Positions 13,467 to 25,819 of a stretch of 64,000 bases of DNA are shown one piece after another. The stretch is from an uncultured delta proteobacterium (GTDB lineage: Bacteria; Myxococcota_A; Polyangia; Polyangiales; Polyangiaceae). The notes under the pieces were generated by a model. The model made no database searches. It was not told the DNA's origin and worked only from the letters and a program-made list of their open reading frames with translations. A program made the position numbers and the translations under genes. Location: positions 896,001 to 960,000 of the forward strand of contig CAWDXG010000004.1 of assembly GCA_963806225.1 (NCBI GenBank), written 5' to 3'. Every line of letters starts with the position of its first letter. The stretch's first letter is position 1.

Positions 13467-14105
13467 CTAGAAGAGCCTTCCGGTGGGCGCCATCGGCGTG
13501 TCGGCGCTGATCACGTCGGGGCCGATGGGGCTGGGGACCGCGGGCGCGGGAACGTGTGGTTCGGTCACGCTGGGTGCCTTCGGCTTGGGAGCGGCCTTCT
13601 TGGGAGCGGCCTTCTTGGGAGCGGCCTTCTTGGGAGCGGCCTTCTTGGGAGCGGCCTTCTTGGGAGCGGCCTGCGTCGGAGCGGCCTGCGTCGGCGCGGC
13701 CTTCTTCGCGGTCTTGCGAGTCGCCTTCTTCGCAGTCTTGCGGGTCGCCTTCTTGGCGGCCTTCTTCGCGGTCTTCTTGGCCGCCTTCTTCGCGGTCCTG
13801 CGGGTCGCCTTCTTCGCGGCCTTCTTTGCCGCCTTCTTGGTCGACCGCTTCGAAGCCTTGCGGGTTGCCTTCTTCGCGGCCTTGCGGGTTGCCTTCTTGG
13901 TCGACCGCTTCGATGCCTTGCGGGTTGCCTTCTTCGCGGTCTTCTTCGCCGCCTTCTTCGCGGTCTTCTTGGCCGCCTTCTTCGCGGTCTTGCGGCGGGT
14001 CTTCTTCGCCGCCTTCTTCGCGGTCTTCCTGCGTGCGGAGCCGGCGCGACGCGAGGTCCCGGTCTTCTTCGTTGCCTTCTTGCTCTTGCGCTTACGTGCG
14101 GCCAT
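13467..14105 (-). CDS. Histone H1-like Lys/Ala-rich DNA-binding protein
   Basis: 212 aa built from KKAAK/KKTAK/RKTAK and PKKAA repeats; SD-like GAGG upstream of the ATG. Confidence 0.8.
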   Translation of the reverse strand: MAARKRKSKKATKKTGTSRRAGSARRKTAKKAAKKTRRKTAKKAAKKTAKKAAKKTAKKATRKASKRSTKKATRKAAKKATRKASKRSTKKAAKKAAKKATRRTAKKAAKKTAKKAAKKATRKTAKKATRKTAKKAAPTQAAPTQAAPKKAAPKKAAPKKAAPKKAAPKKAAPKPKAPSVTEPHVPAPAVPSPIGPDVISADTPMAPTGRLF

Positions 14106-14260
14106 GTAGATTTCCTCGTTGATGAACGCTCGCGTCCGTCGAGCGGACCGACACTCTCTGTCTTGTCTCGCGCGCCGTCAACCTCGCAGTTGTCGTTCCG
14201 TCCGGTGACTGACGCTGGACATGCGACGACTTCAACGTCCGGGTGCTATCCTGACAGTGC

Positions 14261-14953
14261 ATGTCCGACGCCGAACTCGTCCGCGAGGCGCTCCGCATCT
14301 ACCGGCGCTACGCCACGGAGATCATCGAACGCCACGCATTCTGTCCGTGGGCCGAGCGCGCGCGGCAGGAGGGGCACGTAGCCGAGCGCGTGCTGACCCA
14401 GAGCGACACCACGGACACGGCGCCGTCGCTGGCTGCCATCGCAGAGCTGGATGCGGATGCAGAGACCGAGATCGGGCTGCTTATCTACCCGCGGCTACCG
14501 CTTGGCAGGCTGGATTTCGAGCACTTCGTGGCCCACATCCGCCGCGACGACACGGCCCGCCACCAGCTGGGCTCCGTCCCTTTCGCCATGGCGGCGTTCC
14601 ACCCGGACGCCCGGGCCGACCTGTCCGATCCCGAGCGGCTGATCCCGTTCATCCGGCGCAGCCCCGACCCCACCATCCAGCTCGTCCGCCAGAGCGTGCT
14701 CGAGCGCGTGCGCAGCCGCTCTCCGGAGGGAACGGCGTTCATCGATCCGGCCTCGCTCGATCTGGAGCGACTGCTCGCCGCGCAGGAGAAGCCGACCGCA
14801 CCGCTGCGCCAGCGCATTGCTCGAGCCAACCAGCAGACCGTCGCCGAGGTGGGCGTCGCCGAGCTGGAGGCCCAGCTCGACGACATCCTGCGTGATCGGG
14901 ACGAGAGCTACGCCCGCTTCGGGCTGCCGGGCCGGCGCGGCGCCACCGGCTGA
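14261..14953 (+). CDS. DUF1415-like protein
   Basis: 'FCPWA', 'AAFHP', 'RRSPDPTIQLVR' and 'IARAN' match the DUF1415 pattern as I recall it. Confidence 0.65.
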   Translation: MSDAELVREALRIYRRYATEIIERHAFCPWAERARQEGHVAERVLTQSDTTDTAPSLAAIAELDADAETEIGLLIYPRLPLGRLDFEHFVAHIRRDDTARHQLGSVPFAMAAFHPDARADLSDPERLIPFIRRSPDPTIQLVRQSVLERVRSRSPEGTAFIDPASLDLERLLAAQEKPTAPLRQRIARANQQTVAEVGVAELEAQLDDILRDRDESYARFGLPGRRGATG

Positions 14954-15000
14954 GCCGACGACCACCTTCCGCGGAAATCCGCGCTAGGCTCCCGGCGCCG

Positions 15001-16968
15001 ATGCCTTTCGAGCTCAGGAGCCCGGGCGGCCTGTGGCTGCTCGGCCTGATCGCACCGCTGGTGCTGTTGTACGTGCTCCGGATCCGCCGCCAGCGGCTGC
15101 GCGTGCCGTCAACCTGGCTGTGGGGCGCGGCGCAGCGCGATCTCCTGGCGAAGAGCCCGTTCAAGCGGCTGGTAGTGCAGGTGCCGCTGATCCTGCAGCT
15201 CCTGGCGTTGATCCTGCTCGCCCTGGCGCTCGGTCGTCCGGCCACCCGGGGCGGCGCGATCACTGGCGACCACGTCGCCATCATCATCGACACCAGCGCA
15301 TCGATGAGCGCGAAGGGCCCCGACGGAAAGACCCGCATCGAGCGGGCGAAGAAGTCGGCGCACGACGTGATCCGCTCGCTCGGACCCGGCGCGGACGCGA
15401 TGATCGTGGATGCCGGGCGGAACGCGCTGATCGCGTCGCCCCTGGACCGCGACCCGCGCCGGCTCGACGCCGCGGTGGACAGCCTGCGCGCGCGCGACGT
15501 GGAGGGCGATCTCGGGCGCGCGCTGGCCATCGCGAGCGACCGACTGCGACAGCTGCCGGGCGAGAAGCGCATCGTCGTCCTCACCGATGGGGCGCTGGCC
15601 CACCCCGACTCGCTGGCGTCGGCGACGCTGCCGATCGACGTGATCCGGGTCGGCTCCCCTGTCGACAACGTCGCCATGGTCCGCGTCGACGTGCGCAGCG
15701 GGCAGGATCCTGCCACGCACCACGACCAGGTGCAGGCCTTCGCGCTGATCGCCAACTACGGCGACCGCGAGAGGAGCGTGTTCGTCACGCTCAGGCAGCG
15801 CAACGTCTCCGAGCCGCTCGCCTCGCGACGCCTCCAGCTCGCTCCCGGCGAACGCGCCCCCGTCGTCCTGACGTTCGAGCCGGCAGCCGGCGACGCCGGC
15901 ACCGGACTCGTCATGCAGCTGAGCCCCGGGGATGCGCTGAGCGTCGACGATCGCGCCTACGCCCGCGTGCCGGCGGGCCGGAAGATCCCGGTCGTGATGG
16001 CGCCCGGGAACGCAAACCCCTGGTTCAAGCGCGCGCTGCTGGCGGATCCGGACGTGGATCTGATGGGGACCTCGCTCGCCGCGCTGCCGAAGGCCGACGT
16101 TCCGCCCGACGCGCTGGTGGTCGTCGACGGCGCCTGCCCGGCGAACGCGCCCGGCGCAGATCTGGTGATTCTGGATCCACCGGCGGGCCGCTGTCGCACC
16201 TCGGTCGTGGGCAAGCGCATCGACAAGCCGGCGATCACCTCGTGGTCGAAGAGCGATCCGCGACTCCGCTTCCTGACGCTGGACGGAGTCGAGCTCCTGT
16301 CGGCGCGCCGCATCGAGACCGATGGTCCCGCCGACTCGCTGGTGAGGGCACGTGAAGGCACGGTCATCAGCGATATCTCCATGCCCGGGCGCAGCGCGAC
16401 GCTGGTTTCGTTCGACGTGGGCGACAGCAACTGGCCGCTGAAGGCCAGCTTCGTGCTATTCGTGCGCAACATCGTCGAGCTCGCGCGCTCGCACCGAGCG
16501 CGCGGCATCACCGGCCCGGCCCGAACAGGGCAGCCGATGCGCGTACGCGTGCCCCCGGACGTGAGCCGCGTGAGCATCGAGGAACCGGGCGGCAAGCGCA
16601 TGCAGGTCCCGGCGCGGGGCGGCCTGGTGGTGGTGCCGGAGGTCGCACAGGCCGGCTTCTACTTCGTGAGCTGGAAGGGCAGGCGCGCGGGCAGCGTGCT
16701 CGTCGCGGCCAACCTCACCAGCGACGCCGAGAGCGACACGCGCCCGAAGAAGCTCTCCCAGGGGCGAGCCGCGGTGACGGTCTCGAGCGCGGCGAAGGTC
16801 GCCGACGCCCGGACCGACTGGACCTGGCTCCTGGCGCTTCTGGCGCTCGGGTTCATCGTGTTCGACGTGTGGTGGCTGACGCGGCGCGCGCGGACGCGCG
16901 CCAGCCTGGCCCAGCCGCCGAAGCCCCGGCTGCCCGACCGACCCCGCCCCGAAAGGCGCGCGGCGTGA
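15001..16968 (+). CDS. BatA N-terminal + VWA domain membrane protein
   Basis: 'PLVLLYVLR...VPSTWLW...LILLALALGRP' (BatA), MIDAS 'IIDTSASM', 'VLTDG' and a C-terminal TM helix. Confidence 0.9.
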   Translation: MPFELRSPGGLWLLGLIAPLVLLYVLRIRRQRLRVPSTWLWGAAQRDLLAKSPFKRLVVQVPLILQLLALILLALALGRPATRGGAITGDHVAIIIDTSASMSAKGPDGKTRIERAKKSAHDVIRSLGPGADAMIVDAGRNALIASPLDRDPRRLDAAVDSLRARDVEGDLGRALAIASDRLRQLPGEKRIVVLTDGALAHPDSLASATLPIDVIRVGSPVDNVAMVRVDVRSGQDPATHHDQVQAFALIANYGDRERSVFVTLRQRNVSEPLASRRLQLAPGERAPVVLTFEPAAGDAGTGLVMQLSPGDALSVDDRAYARVPAGRKIPVVMAPGNANPWFKRALLADPDVDLMGTSLAALPKADVPPDALVVVDGACPANAPGADLVILDPPAGRCRTSVVGKRIDKPAITSWSKSDPRLRFLTLDGVELLSARRIETDGPADSLVRAREGTVISDISMPGRSATLVSFDVGDSNWPLKASFVLFVRNIVELARSHRARGITGPARTGQPMRVRVPPDVSRVSIEEPGGKRMQVPARGGLVVVPEVAQAGFYFVSWKGRRAGSVLVAANLTSDAESDTRPKKLSQGRAAVTVSSAAKVADARTDWTWLLALLALGFIVFDVWWLTRRARTRASLAQPPKPRLPDRPRPERRAA

Positions 16969-19900
16969 TCCCGCCGTCGGTGACGCGCTGGGTGCCGCTC
17001 GCCGCGCTCGTGCTGGGAGCCGTGGTCTGGCTCGCCTATCTCGGGTGGGCGGCGCGGCGAAAGCGCCTGGCGCGGCGTCCAATCCTGATGGCCACCAGCG
17101 TGCTGGGCGTGCTGCCGCTGCTGTACGTCGGCCTGACCTGGGCGCGCGTGCTGCCCGATCACTATCTGAGGATCGAGCGACCGCTGCTGGCGCTGCCCTG
17201 CGCGCTCGCAGTCGTATTCGTCGCGCACCGACTGCTCTCGTTGTCTGCGCGGCAAAACGCCTGGCGGCGCGGCCTCACCGAGCTGATGATCGGCCTCTCG
17301 GTGCTCGCGGCGTCGCTCGCGGCCATCGGCGCCGAGCTCGGCAAGCCGCTCGACCGGCTGGCAGTCATCGTCGCCATCGACCGCAGCCGCAGCATCGATC
17401 TGGTGCCGGACGCCGACTCGCGCGTCCACGCCGAGCTGTCGGTGGCCGAGGTCGGCATGCGCGACGACGACCGCATCGGCACCGTCGCGTTCGCGGCCGA
17501 ACGCGGCCGTCGAGGATCCGCTGCGACCGCGCACGCGCCTGCCCGCTCCGCAGAAGGCCGAGCTCGGGCGCGACGGCACCGACATCGGCGCCGCCATCCG
17601 GCGCGCACTGGCCGAAGTCCCCGCGGACTCGGCCGCGCGCATCGTGGTGATGAGCGACGGCGTCAACACGCGCGGCGACCCGCTGGAGGCCGCCGCCGCG
17701 GCGGTAGCCGCGGGCGTGCCCGTCGACGTGGTGCCGCTCGACCAGAGCAAGGTGCAAGGACCTGCGTCTGGTCGCGGTGCGCATGCCGGCCCGCGCCAGC
17801 GAGGGCGAGACGCTCGAGATGCGCATCGTCACGTCCGCCAGCGAGCCCACGCCGATCGAGGTACGGGTGTACCGCGACGGCAAGCTGCTCCGGAAGGGCA
17901 ACGGCAAGGTCGCAAAGGGCGAGGACGTGCTCAGGTTGCGCGAACAGGCGCCGGGACCGGGACTGCATCGCTACCGACGTGGCGGTCAGCGCCCTCGACC
18001 CGAAACAGGACGCCGCGCCGGAGGACAACGAGGGCTCGACCTTCGTGCGCGTGCGGGGGCAGGCCTCGGCGCTGGTGATGGAGCGCGATCCGGCCATGGC
18101 GGCAGCGCTGGTGCACGCCTTGCAGAGCGCAGCGTTCCAGGTCGATAGCGCGGGTCCGGAGGGCGTGCCGGCCGACGTAGCGGGCTTCGCTGCCTACGAC
18201 CTGGTCGTGCTCAGCGACATCTCGGCGGTGGACTTTTCGCCGACGCAGCTCGCCGCGCTCGCCAGCTACGTGCGTGACCTCGGCGGCGGGCTCTTGCTGA
18301 TGGGCGGCGATCACGCGATGGGTCCGGGCGGCTACGGCAAGACGCCGGTCGAGGAAGTGAGCCCGGTCTCCTTCGACCTGAAGCAGGAGCGGCGCCGCGC
18401 CAGCCTCGCCGAGGTGATCGCCATCGACTACTCGGGCTCGATGGGCATGAGCGTCGGCGGGCACACCAAGCTGGAGCTCGCCAACGAAGCCGCCGCGCGA
18501 TCGGCCAAGCTGCTCGGCAGCAGCGACCGCCTCGGCGTGATGCACGTGGACACCTCGGTGAAGTGGACGGTGCCGCTCGGCCCCGTCACGGACAAGGCGA
18601 CAGATCGAAAAGGCGATCCGCTCGGTGGGCCCCGGCGGCGGCGGCATCTACGTCGATCTGTCGCTACGCACCGCGTACGCGGCGCTCGACAAGGAAAAGG
18701 TCAACCTCAAGCACGTGCTGCTGTTCTCGGACGGCGCCGACGCCGAGCAGCGCACCAACGCCTTCGCGCTCGCGTCCGCGGCGCCAAGGCCCGAGGCATC
18801 ACCACCAGCGTGGTCGCGCTCGGGCGCGGCAGCGACGTGGCGGCGCTCGAGCACACGAGCAAGCTCGGCGGCGGCCGCTTCTACCTGATCGAGGACGCCT
18901 CGCGACTGCCCGCGGTGTTCGCGCAGGAAACGATCCTGGCGTCGCGCAGCTCGATCAACGAGGTGACGTTCCACGCGACGCCCTCGACGCCCGGTCCGCC
19001 CACGCGCGGCGTCGACTTCGGCGCCGGCACCCGCACTTACCGGCTACGTGGTCACCATTCCGAAGGGCCGCGCGCAGGTGCTGCTCCGCGGCCCGGAGGG
19101 CGACCCGATTCTGGCTACCTGGTCGGTCGGCATCGGACGCGCCGCCGCGTTCACCAGCGACTACAAGGATCGCTGGGGGCAGGCGTGGACCAGCTGGGCG
19201 GGCGCCGCGCGCATGTTCGGGCAGCTCGGCCGCGACATCGCCCGCGTCGCCGACGATCCGGACGTGCGGCTCGAGGCAGACGCCGCAGGCGGCCAGCTAC
19301 ACGTCCGCGCCACGGTGGTCGACGACGACGGCCGCACCGAGAGCTTCCGCCGCCTGAAGGTGCGCGTCGGCGGCCCCGACGGCTTCGAGCGCGAGGTGGC
19401 GCTCGAGGCGGTCGGCGCCGGTGCGTACGCCGCGACCGTTCCGCTGTCGCGCCCTGGCGCCTACATCACCACCGCCGTCGACGAGCTCAGCGGCAAGCCG
19501 GTCGGCACCACGGGCGCGGTGCTCACCGCGGGGGAGGAGCTGCGGCCCACCGGCACCGACCGCGCGCTGCTCGGGCGCATCGCGGCGCTGACCGGCGGGC
19601 GCATGCGCGACACGCTCGCCGGCATCTTCCACGACCGCGAAGCCAAGCGCTTTTCCTACCGCGACCTCGGCGCGCCTCTGATCCTGCTGGCCGCCTTCGC
19701 GCTGCTTGCTCGGCGTGGCCGCGCGACGTCTGGCTCTGCCCGAGGCCGTCGGCGGTCTGCCGGGACGGCTGCGCGCGCGCCTGCGGCACAGGAGCGAGCG
19801 ACGCGCCCGGGCCGCCGCTCGCGGCCGGAGCGACGCGCTCGACTCCCTGCTCGACGCCAAGTCGCGCTCGGCAGCCGCGCAGGGCAGGAGCACGCCACGC

Positions 19901-20101
19901 GTGGAGAGCGACGCACCGCCGCCGAGCGTGCCGCGCTTCGGGCACGCGGCGCGTCCGCCGCCGGTGGCGGGTCCCGGCCGGGAAATCGCGCCACCTCCGC
20001 CCTCGGGCGGCGCGCCCGCGTCCGGCGCTGCGCCCCCCTCCGGGCGACCGCTGACTGCCGCGGAGATCCTGCTGGCGCGACGCCGCGGCCGGCGCCGCTA
20101 G
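16965..20101 (+). CDS. Double-VWA / glutamine-amidotransferase-like membrane protein (frameshifted)
   Basis: 'AIDRSRSI', 'TDIGAAI', 'VMSDG', 'YDLVVLSD...GGGLLLMGG', 'AIDYSGSM', 'LFSDG' and 'DPILATWSVGIGRAAAFTSD' across frames. Confidence 0.85.
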
Positions 20102-20137
20102 GCACGCCCCGGGACGCTTCTGCTAGGCTCGGCACGC

Positions 20138-20803
20138 ATGCGTGGCGTGACCGTGAGCTGGCTGATCGTGCTGCCCGCGCTGGCAGCCTGTGCTCCCGGG
20201 CCCCAGCCCTGCAACACGCCCGGTACCTGCGCCCGCGGCTACGAGTGTCTGGCCAACCGCTGCGTCGCCGCCGGCGGCGCGCCGGTGCCAGCAGGCAGCC
20301 GCCGGATCGTGACCGAAGCAGCGCGGATGGCTGTGGTGAGCTCGCGCGCCCATCCGCGCGCCGGCGAGCTGCCGACCGCGGTGGTCTTCGGCAGCCGGGC
20401 GGAGGGGTCGGTCGGTCTGTACCTCGATTTCGAACCGGCCTGGCCGAAGGGCCGCCGCATCGAGAGCGCGTTCGTGCTGCTCGATCCGATGCCGGGCACA
20501 CCAGTCGGCTCGCGGGACGTGCGGGTCGACGCCTGGCGCGTGAAGGGCGCATGGGACGAGCAGAGTCTGACGTGGCTCCGCCAGCCGCCGCTCGGCCGTC
20601 CGCACAGTCAGGGCATTGCCCGCTCCGCGCCGCCATCCGTACTGCGTATCGACGTGACCGCACTAGCGCGCGCCGTCCACGACGGCACGCGCAGCTATCA
20701 CGGCATCGCCCTCAGATCGCGCGACATTGGAAGCGTCGGGGCGAGCTTCTCCACCGGCATCGGCGGCGGCCAGGCTCCACGGCTCGAAATCTACTACCGT
20801 TGA
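20138..20803 (+). CDS. Lipoprotein with DNRLRE/CBM96-like domain
   Basis: Lipobox 'LAAC' and a small Cys-rich segment, then 'YLDF...IESA...W.E..LTW..QP...IDVT...GIAL...F.T......PRLEI.Y'. Confidence 0.7.
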   Translation: MRGVTVSWLIVLPALAACAPGPQPCNTPGTCARGYECLANRCVAAGGAPVPAGSRRIVTEAARMAVVSSRAHPRAGELPTAVVFGSRAEGSVGLYLDFEPAWPKGRRIESAFVLLDPMPGTPVGSRDVRVDAWRVKGAWDEQSLTWLRQPPLGRPHSQGIARSAPPSVLRIDVTALARAVHDGTRSYHGIALRSRDIGSVGASFSTGIGGGQAPRLEIYYR

Positions 20804-20930
20804 CCTCCCACCCGCCCACCTCCTCGGTTCGCTGTCGTTTCGCTGGTTTCCGGGCTAGCTGACGAGCCATCACGGCCCGGGCCGCACACGCGACCTCACA
20901 GCGTCCCCGCGTGCTAACGTGCGCCCGCTC

Positions 20931-21942
20931 ATGGTCGAACCGCTTCTCGGCGTGCGGCACCTCACAACCGCCTTCCACACCGACCGCGGGCCTGCTCAAG
21001 GCCGTCGACGACGTGTCGTTCGATGTGCCCGAGGGGACGACGCTGGCGATCGTCGGCGAGAGCGGCTGCGGCAAGAGCGTGACCGCGCTGTCCGTGATGC
21101 GCCTGGTGCCCTCGCCGCCGGGCGAGATCACGGGCGGGGAAATCCATTTCCAGGGCCAGAACCTGCTCGCGCTCGGCGAGAAGGCCATGCGCGGCGTCCG
21201 CGGCGACAAGATCAGCATGATCTTCCAGGAGCCGATGACCTCGCTCAACCCGGTCTACACGGTCGGCTCGCAGATCGTCGAGGCCATCCGCATCCACCGT
21301 GACGGCTCGCGCCGCGCCGCGCGGGAACGCGCTGTGGAGATGCTCAGTCTGGTGGGCATCCCCTCCCCGGAAGAACGCGTCGATTCCTATCCGCACCAGC
21401 TGTCCGGCGGCATGCGCCAGCGCGTCATGATCGCGATGGCGCTGTCCTGCGATCCCGATCTGCTCATCGCCGACGAGCCGACGACCGCGCTCGACGTCAC
21501 CATCCAGGCGCAGATCCTCGATCTGCTCCGCCGCCTGCAGAGCGAGCTCGGGCATGAGCATCGTCTTCATCACCCACGACCTGGGCGTGGTCGCGGAGTT
21601 CGCCAGCCAGGTGGTCGTGATGTACGCGGGACGCGTGGTGGAGAGCGGCCCGGTGGACAAGCTCTTCTCCGATCCGCTGCATCCCTACACGCGCGGCCTG
21701 CTCGCCAGCGTGCCGCCGATGGACGTGTCCGCAGGGCGACAACCGACCGCGACGCCTGCCGACGATCGAAGGCCTGGTTCCGGATCTGGCCGAGCTTCCG
21801 CCAGGCTGTCGCTTCGCCGATCGCTGCGCGCTCCGCGCGGAAAAGCCCCCGGGCTACGAGCGCTGCACCGAGACCGAGCCGGATCTCGTCGATTCAGGCT
21901 GACGGGCGGCAGGGCGCGCTGCTACTACGCGGGCGCGGCTTC

Positions 21943-21946
<4 letters not shown>
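20931..21946 (+). CDS. oppD: Oligo/dipeptide ABC transporter ATP-binding subunit (OppD/DppD), frameshifted
   Basis: '[12 protein letters not shown]', '[12 protein letters not shown]', '[16 protein letters not shown]', '[16 protein letters not shown]' and 'HPYTRGL'. Confidence 0.9.
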
Positions 21947-23069
<1,123 letters not shown>

Positions 23070-23070
23070 C

Positions 23071-23988
23071 TCAGGTGTCCCAGGGCAGCGGGGGATAAGG
23101 CTCACCGGGTTCGGCTGGCTCGGTGTGGACGGTCACGTCGGCAACACCGTCGATACCCTGCTTCAGCGCGTCGACGACCCAGTGCGTCACCTCGTGCGCC
23201 TGTACGACGTCGAGGTGCGGAGCGATCTGGATATGCAGGTCCATGTAGATCGTGCCCGGAACCCCCCGCGTGCGGATCTTGTGCGTGCCCGCGACCCCGG
23301 GCACACCGAGCACGATCACCCGCACGCGCTCCTCGTCGACCCGCGCGGCGTCCGCCAGGTAGCCGACGTTGTGGCGCAGCACGCTGATGCCGGCCCAGGC
23401 GATGAACACCGCCACCACGCCCGCCGCCAGCACATCGAAAATAGGGTAGCCGAGATCGACCAGAACGCTGGCGACCAGCACGCCCAGCGTAACCAGTACG
23501 TCGGAGCGCGTGTGGGTCGCGTCGCTGATCAGAAAGGCGCTGTCCAGCTCCTTGCCCCGGCGGTTCTCGTACGCCGCCACGAAGACATTCACGACCAGAG
23601 TCGCCCCGAGCACGACGAACGCGCCCGCGCCGACCCGCGGCAGCGCCGTGCCCGCCCCCATGAGCCGCCCGATCGCCCCGCTTACCACGTCGTAGGCCAT
23701 GGCCAGGAGCGACATCCCGACCAACACCGAGGCGACAATCTCGAATTTGTGGTGCCCGTACGGGTGCCCTTCATCCGGCGGACGGCTCGCCATCCAGATG
23801 CCGATCAGCCCCGCGATGTTGTTCACGGAGTCCGTCGTGGAGTGGAAACCGTCGGCCTGGATGGCCAGCACGTCTGCGAACCTGCCGTAGGCGATCTTGC
23901 TGGCTGCCACGGCGACGTTGAGCACGAAGGTGATCCAGATCACCCGGCGCACGGCGCGCGTGCGGTCCGCCGCTTCCCTGTGCTGCAC
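23071..23988 (-). CDS. Cation diffusion facilitator (FieF-like) transporter
   Basis: 'ADGFHSTTD', '[14 protein letters not shown]', 'SDATHTRSD' and 'VTVHTEP' motifs. Confidence 0.93.
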   Translation of the reverse strand: MQHREAADRTRAVRRVIWITFVLNVAVAASKIAYGRFADVLAIQADGFHSTTDSVNNIAGLIGIWMASRPPDEGHPYGHHKFEIVASVLVGMSLLAMAYDVVSGAIGRLMGAGTALPRVGAGAFVVLGATLVVNVFVAAYENRRGKELDSAFLISDATHTRSDVLVTLGVLVASVLVDLGYPIFDVLAAGVVAVFIAWAGISVLRHNVGYLADAARVDEERVRVIVLGVPGVAGTHKIRTRGVPGTIYMDLHIQIAPHLDVVQAHEVTHWVVDALKQGIDGVADVTVHTEPAEPGEPYPPLPWDT

Positions 23989-24073
23989 CGCGGCAAGGTA
24001 ACATCGGCCCCCCATCCGACAAGCGGATCCGGCAGGGGGCGGAAACCGCCAGGAAAAGCCGCCCCTTCGCTAC

Positions 24074-24090
24074 CTGTCAACAAGTGACAG
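24074..24090. promoter_or_regulatory. Candidate operator CTGTCA-N5-TGACAG between the divergent CDF and desaturase genes
   Basis: Perfect 6-bp inverted repeat 44 bp upstream of the desaturase ATG. The regulator is unknown. Confidence 0.4.
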
Positions 24091-24133
24091 CGAGCTGACC
24101 GATTCCTGACACGCGGTCGGCTATCCCTGGATC

Positions 24134-25048
24134 ATGCACGATTCGCCCGAAGCCTACGTCCGCGGCCCGGACGAGCGGGTCAACTGGTTCAGGTCGATCC
24201 CCTTCATCCTGGTGCATCTGATGCCCCTGGGAGCACTCTGGACGGGCGTCCATCTCAGGGACGCGCTCCTGTGCGTGGCGCTCTACTACGTGCGGATGTT
24301 CTTCATCACGGCGGGCTATCACCGCTACTTCGCCCACCGCGCCTACAAGCTGGGGCGCGGCATGCAGTTCCTGATGGCGTTCGGCGGGGCCACCGCGGCG
24401 CAGAAGGGCGTGCTCTGGTGGGCCGGACATCACCGCGACCACCACAAGTACTCCGACACCCCGAAGGACATCCACTCGCCCAAGCGCGGCTTCTGGTGGA
24501 GCCACATGGGCTGGATCGTCTGCGACAAGTACGAGGCCACGCCGGTCGACCGCATCAGGGACTTCACGAAGTACCCGGAGCTCCGCTTCCTGAACCGCTT
24601 CCACCTGCTGCCGCCGATCGTGCTCGGCTTCGCGGTGTACCTGTTCGGCGGCTGGAGCGCGGTCTTTACCGGCTTCTTCCTGTCGACGGTGCTGGTCTAC
24701 CACGGCACCTTCACCATCAACTCGCTGTCGCACGTGTTCGGCCGTCGCCGCTACGCCACCAGCGATACCAGCCGCAACTCGCTGCTCCTCGCGCTCGTCA
24801 CGCTCGGCGAGGGCTGGCACAACAACCACCACTACTACCAGTCGACGGCCAACCAGGGTTTCTTCTGGTGGGAAATCGACGTGAGCTACTACGTGCTCAG
24901 GGTCCTGTCCTGGGTGGGGCTCGCACGCGATCTGCGCACGCCACCGAAGCATGTGCTCGACAAGAACCGCATCGGCGACGAGCCGATCGCGACGGACCCG
25001 GATCCCGAGCCGGTACTGGCCACGCTGGCGACCGGCGCCCAGCAGTAG
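24134..25048 (+). CDS. Acyl-CoA (delta-9-type) fatty acid desaturase
   Basis: His boxes 'GYHRYFAHRAY', 'HRDHHKYSD...DIHSP' and 'GEGWHNNHH'; 'WWEID'. Confidence 0.95.
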   Translation: MHDSPEAYVRGPDERVNWFRSIPFILVHLMPLGALWTGVHLRDALLCVALYYVRMFFITAGYHRYFAHRAYKLGRGMQFLMAFGGATAAQKGVLWWAGHHRDHHKYSDTPKDIHSPKRGFWWSHMGWIVCDKYEATPVDRIRDFTKYPELRFLNRFHLLPPIVLGFAVYLFGGWSAVFTGFFLSTVLVYHGTFTINSLSHVFGRRRYATSDTSRNSLLLALVTLGEGWHNNHHYYQSTANQGFFWWEIDVSYYVLRVLSWVGLARDLRTPPKHVLDKNRIGDEPIATDPDPEPVLATLATGAQQ

Positions 25049-25137
25049 TCGCGCCAGGGCTGGCCCGCGGGCGCTCCGCGGGGCTAGGATTCCGGCATGA
25101 GCTGGCGGATTTCCCGTCGTGGAGCGTCGAGGCGCTG

Positions 25138-25773
25138 ATGCGAACGCGCTCGCGGAGCGTCGCTGTGCTCCTGTTCGACGAGGTCGAGCTGCTGGACGTG
25201 GCAGCGCCGCTGGCGGTGCTGAGCAGCGCGGGCCGGAAGTGGAACTGGCGTCCCTTCAAGGTGACGACCGTCGCGGTGACCCCAGGCCGCATCAGCACCC
25301 GAAACCAGCTCGTCATCGAGGCCGAGGGGGCGCTCGACGCCTGCCCCGAGCCAGAGCTCCTGATCCTGCCCGGTGGCTACGGCGCCCGGCTAGCCCTGTC
25401 CGACAGCGCGCTGGTCGACTGGGTGCGCCACGCCGGATCCGCTGCCGGGCTGGTGATGACAGTCGGTCACGGCGCCCTGCTTCTCGCCAGCGCCGGCCTG
25501 GCCGACGACCAGGATCTCGCCGTCCCCCTGGATGCCCGCGAGCTGCTCGAAGAGATCGCCCCGACCGCGCGCGCGGCGGTCGACGCGCCCGGCGTAGTGG
25601 AGTCGAACAAGCTCCTGAGCACCGCGCGGAGCGCTGCGGCGCTCGACCTGGCACTGACGGCTGTGACGCTGCTTCTGGGCCGGGGCCAGGCCCTCGGCGT
25701 GGCAGCGGCGCTGGGGCACGAGATGCACGGGGCCGCTCAGCCCTTGTTGATCGATGTCGAAAGGCGCGATTGA
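25138..25773 (+). CDS. DJ-1/PfpI family protein
   Basis: 'VAVLLFDEVELLDVAAP' and 'LILPGG'. 'TVGHGALLLASAGL' lacks the usual catalytic Cys. Confidence 0.8.
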   Translation: MRTRSRSVAVLLFDEVELLDVAAPLAVLSSAGRKWNWRPFKVTTVAVTPGRISTRNQLVIEAEGALDACPEPELLILPGGYGARLALSDSALVDWVRHAGSAAGLVMTVGHGALLLASAGLADDQDLAVPLDARELLEEIAPTARAAVDAPGVVESNKLLSTARSAAALDLALTAVTLLLGRGQALGVAAALGHEMHGAAQPLLIDVERRD

Positions 25774-25819
25774 CGCCGTCTCTGGACGCGGCACATGACT
25801 TGCGGCTAGCCTTGTCCAT

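Noticed and set aside
13483..14109. Hydrophobic 'AAFLG/AAFFA' membrane-like ORF on +
   Set aside because: Antisense shadow of the Lys/Ala-rich histone-like gene, which has the SD and the typical AAG/GCC codons.
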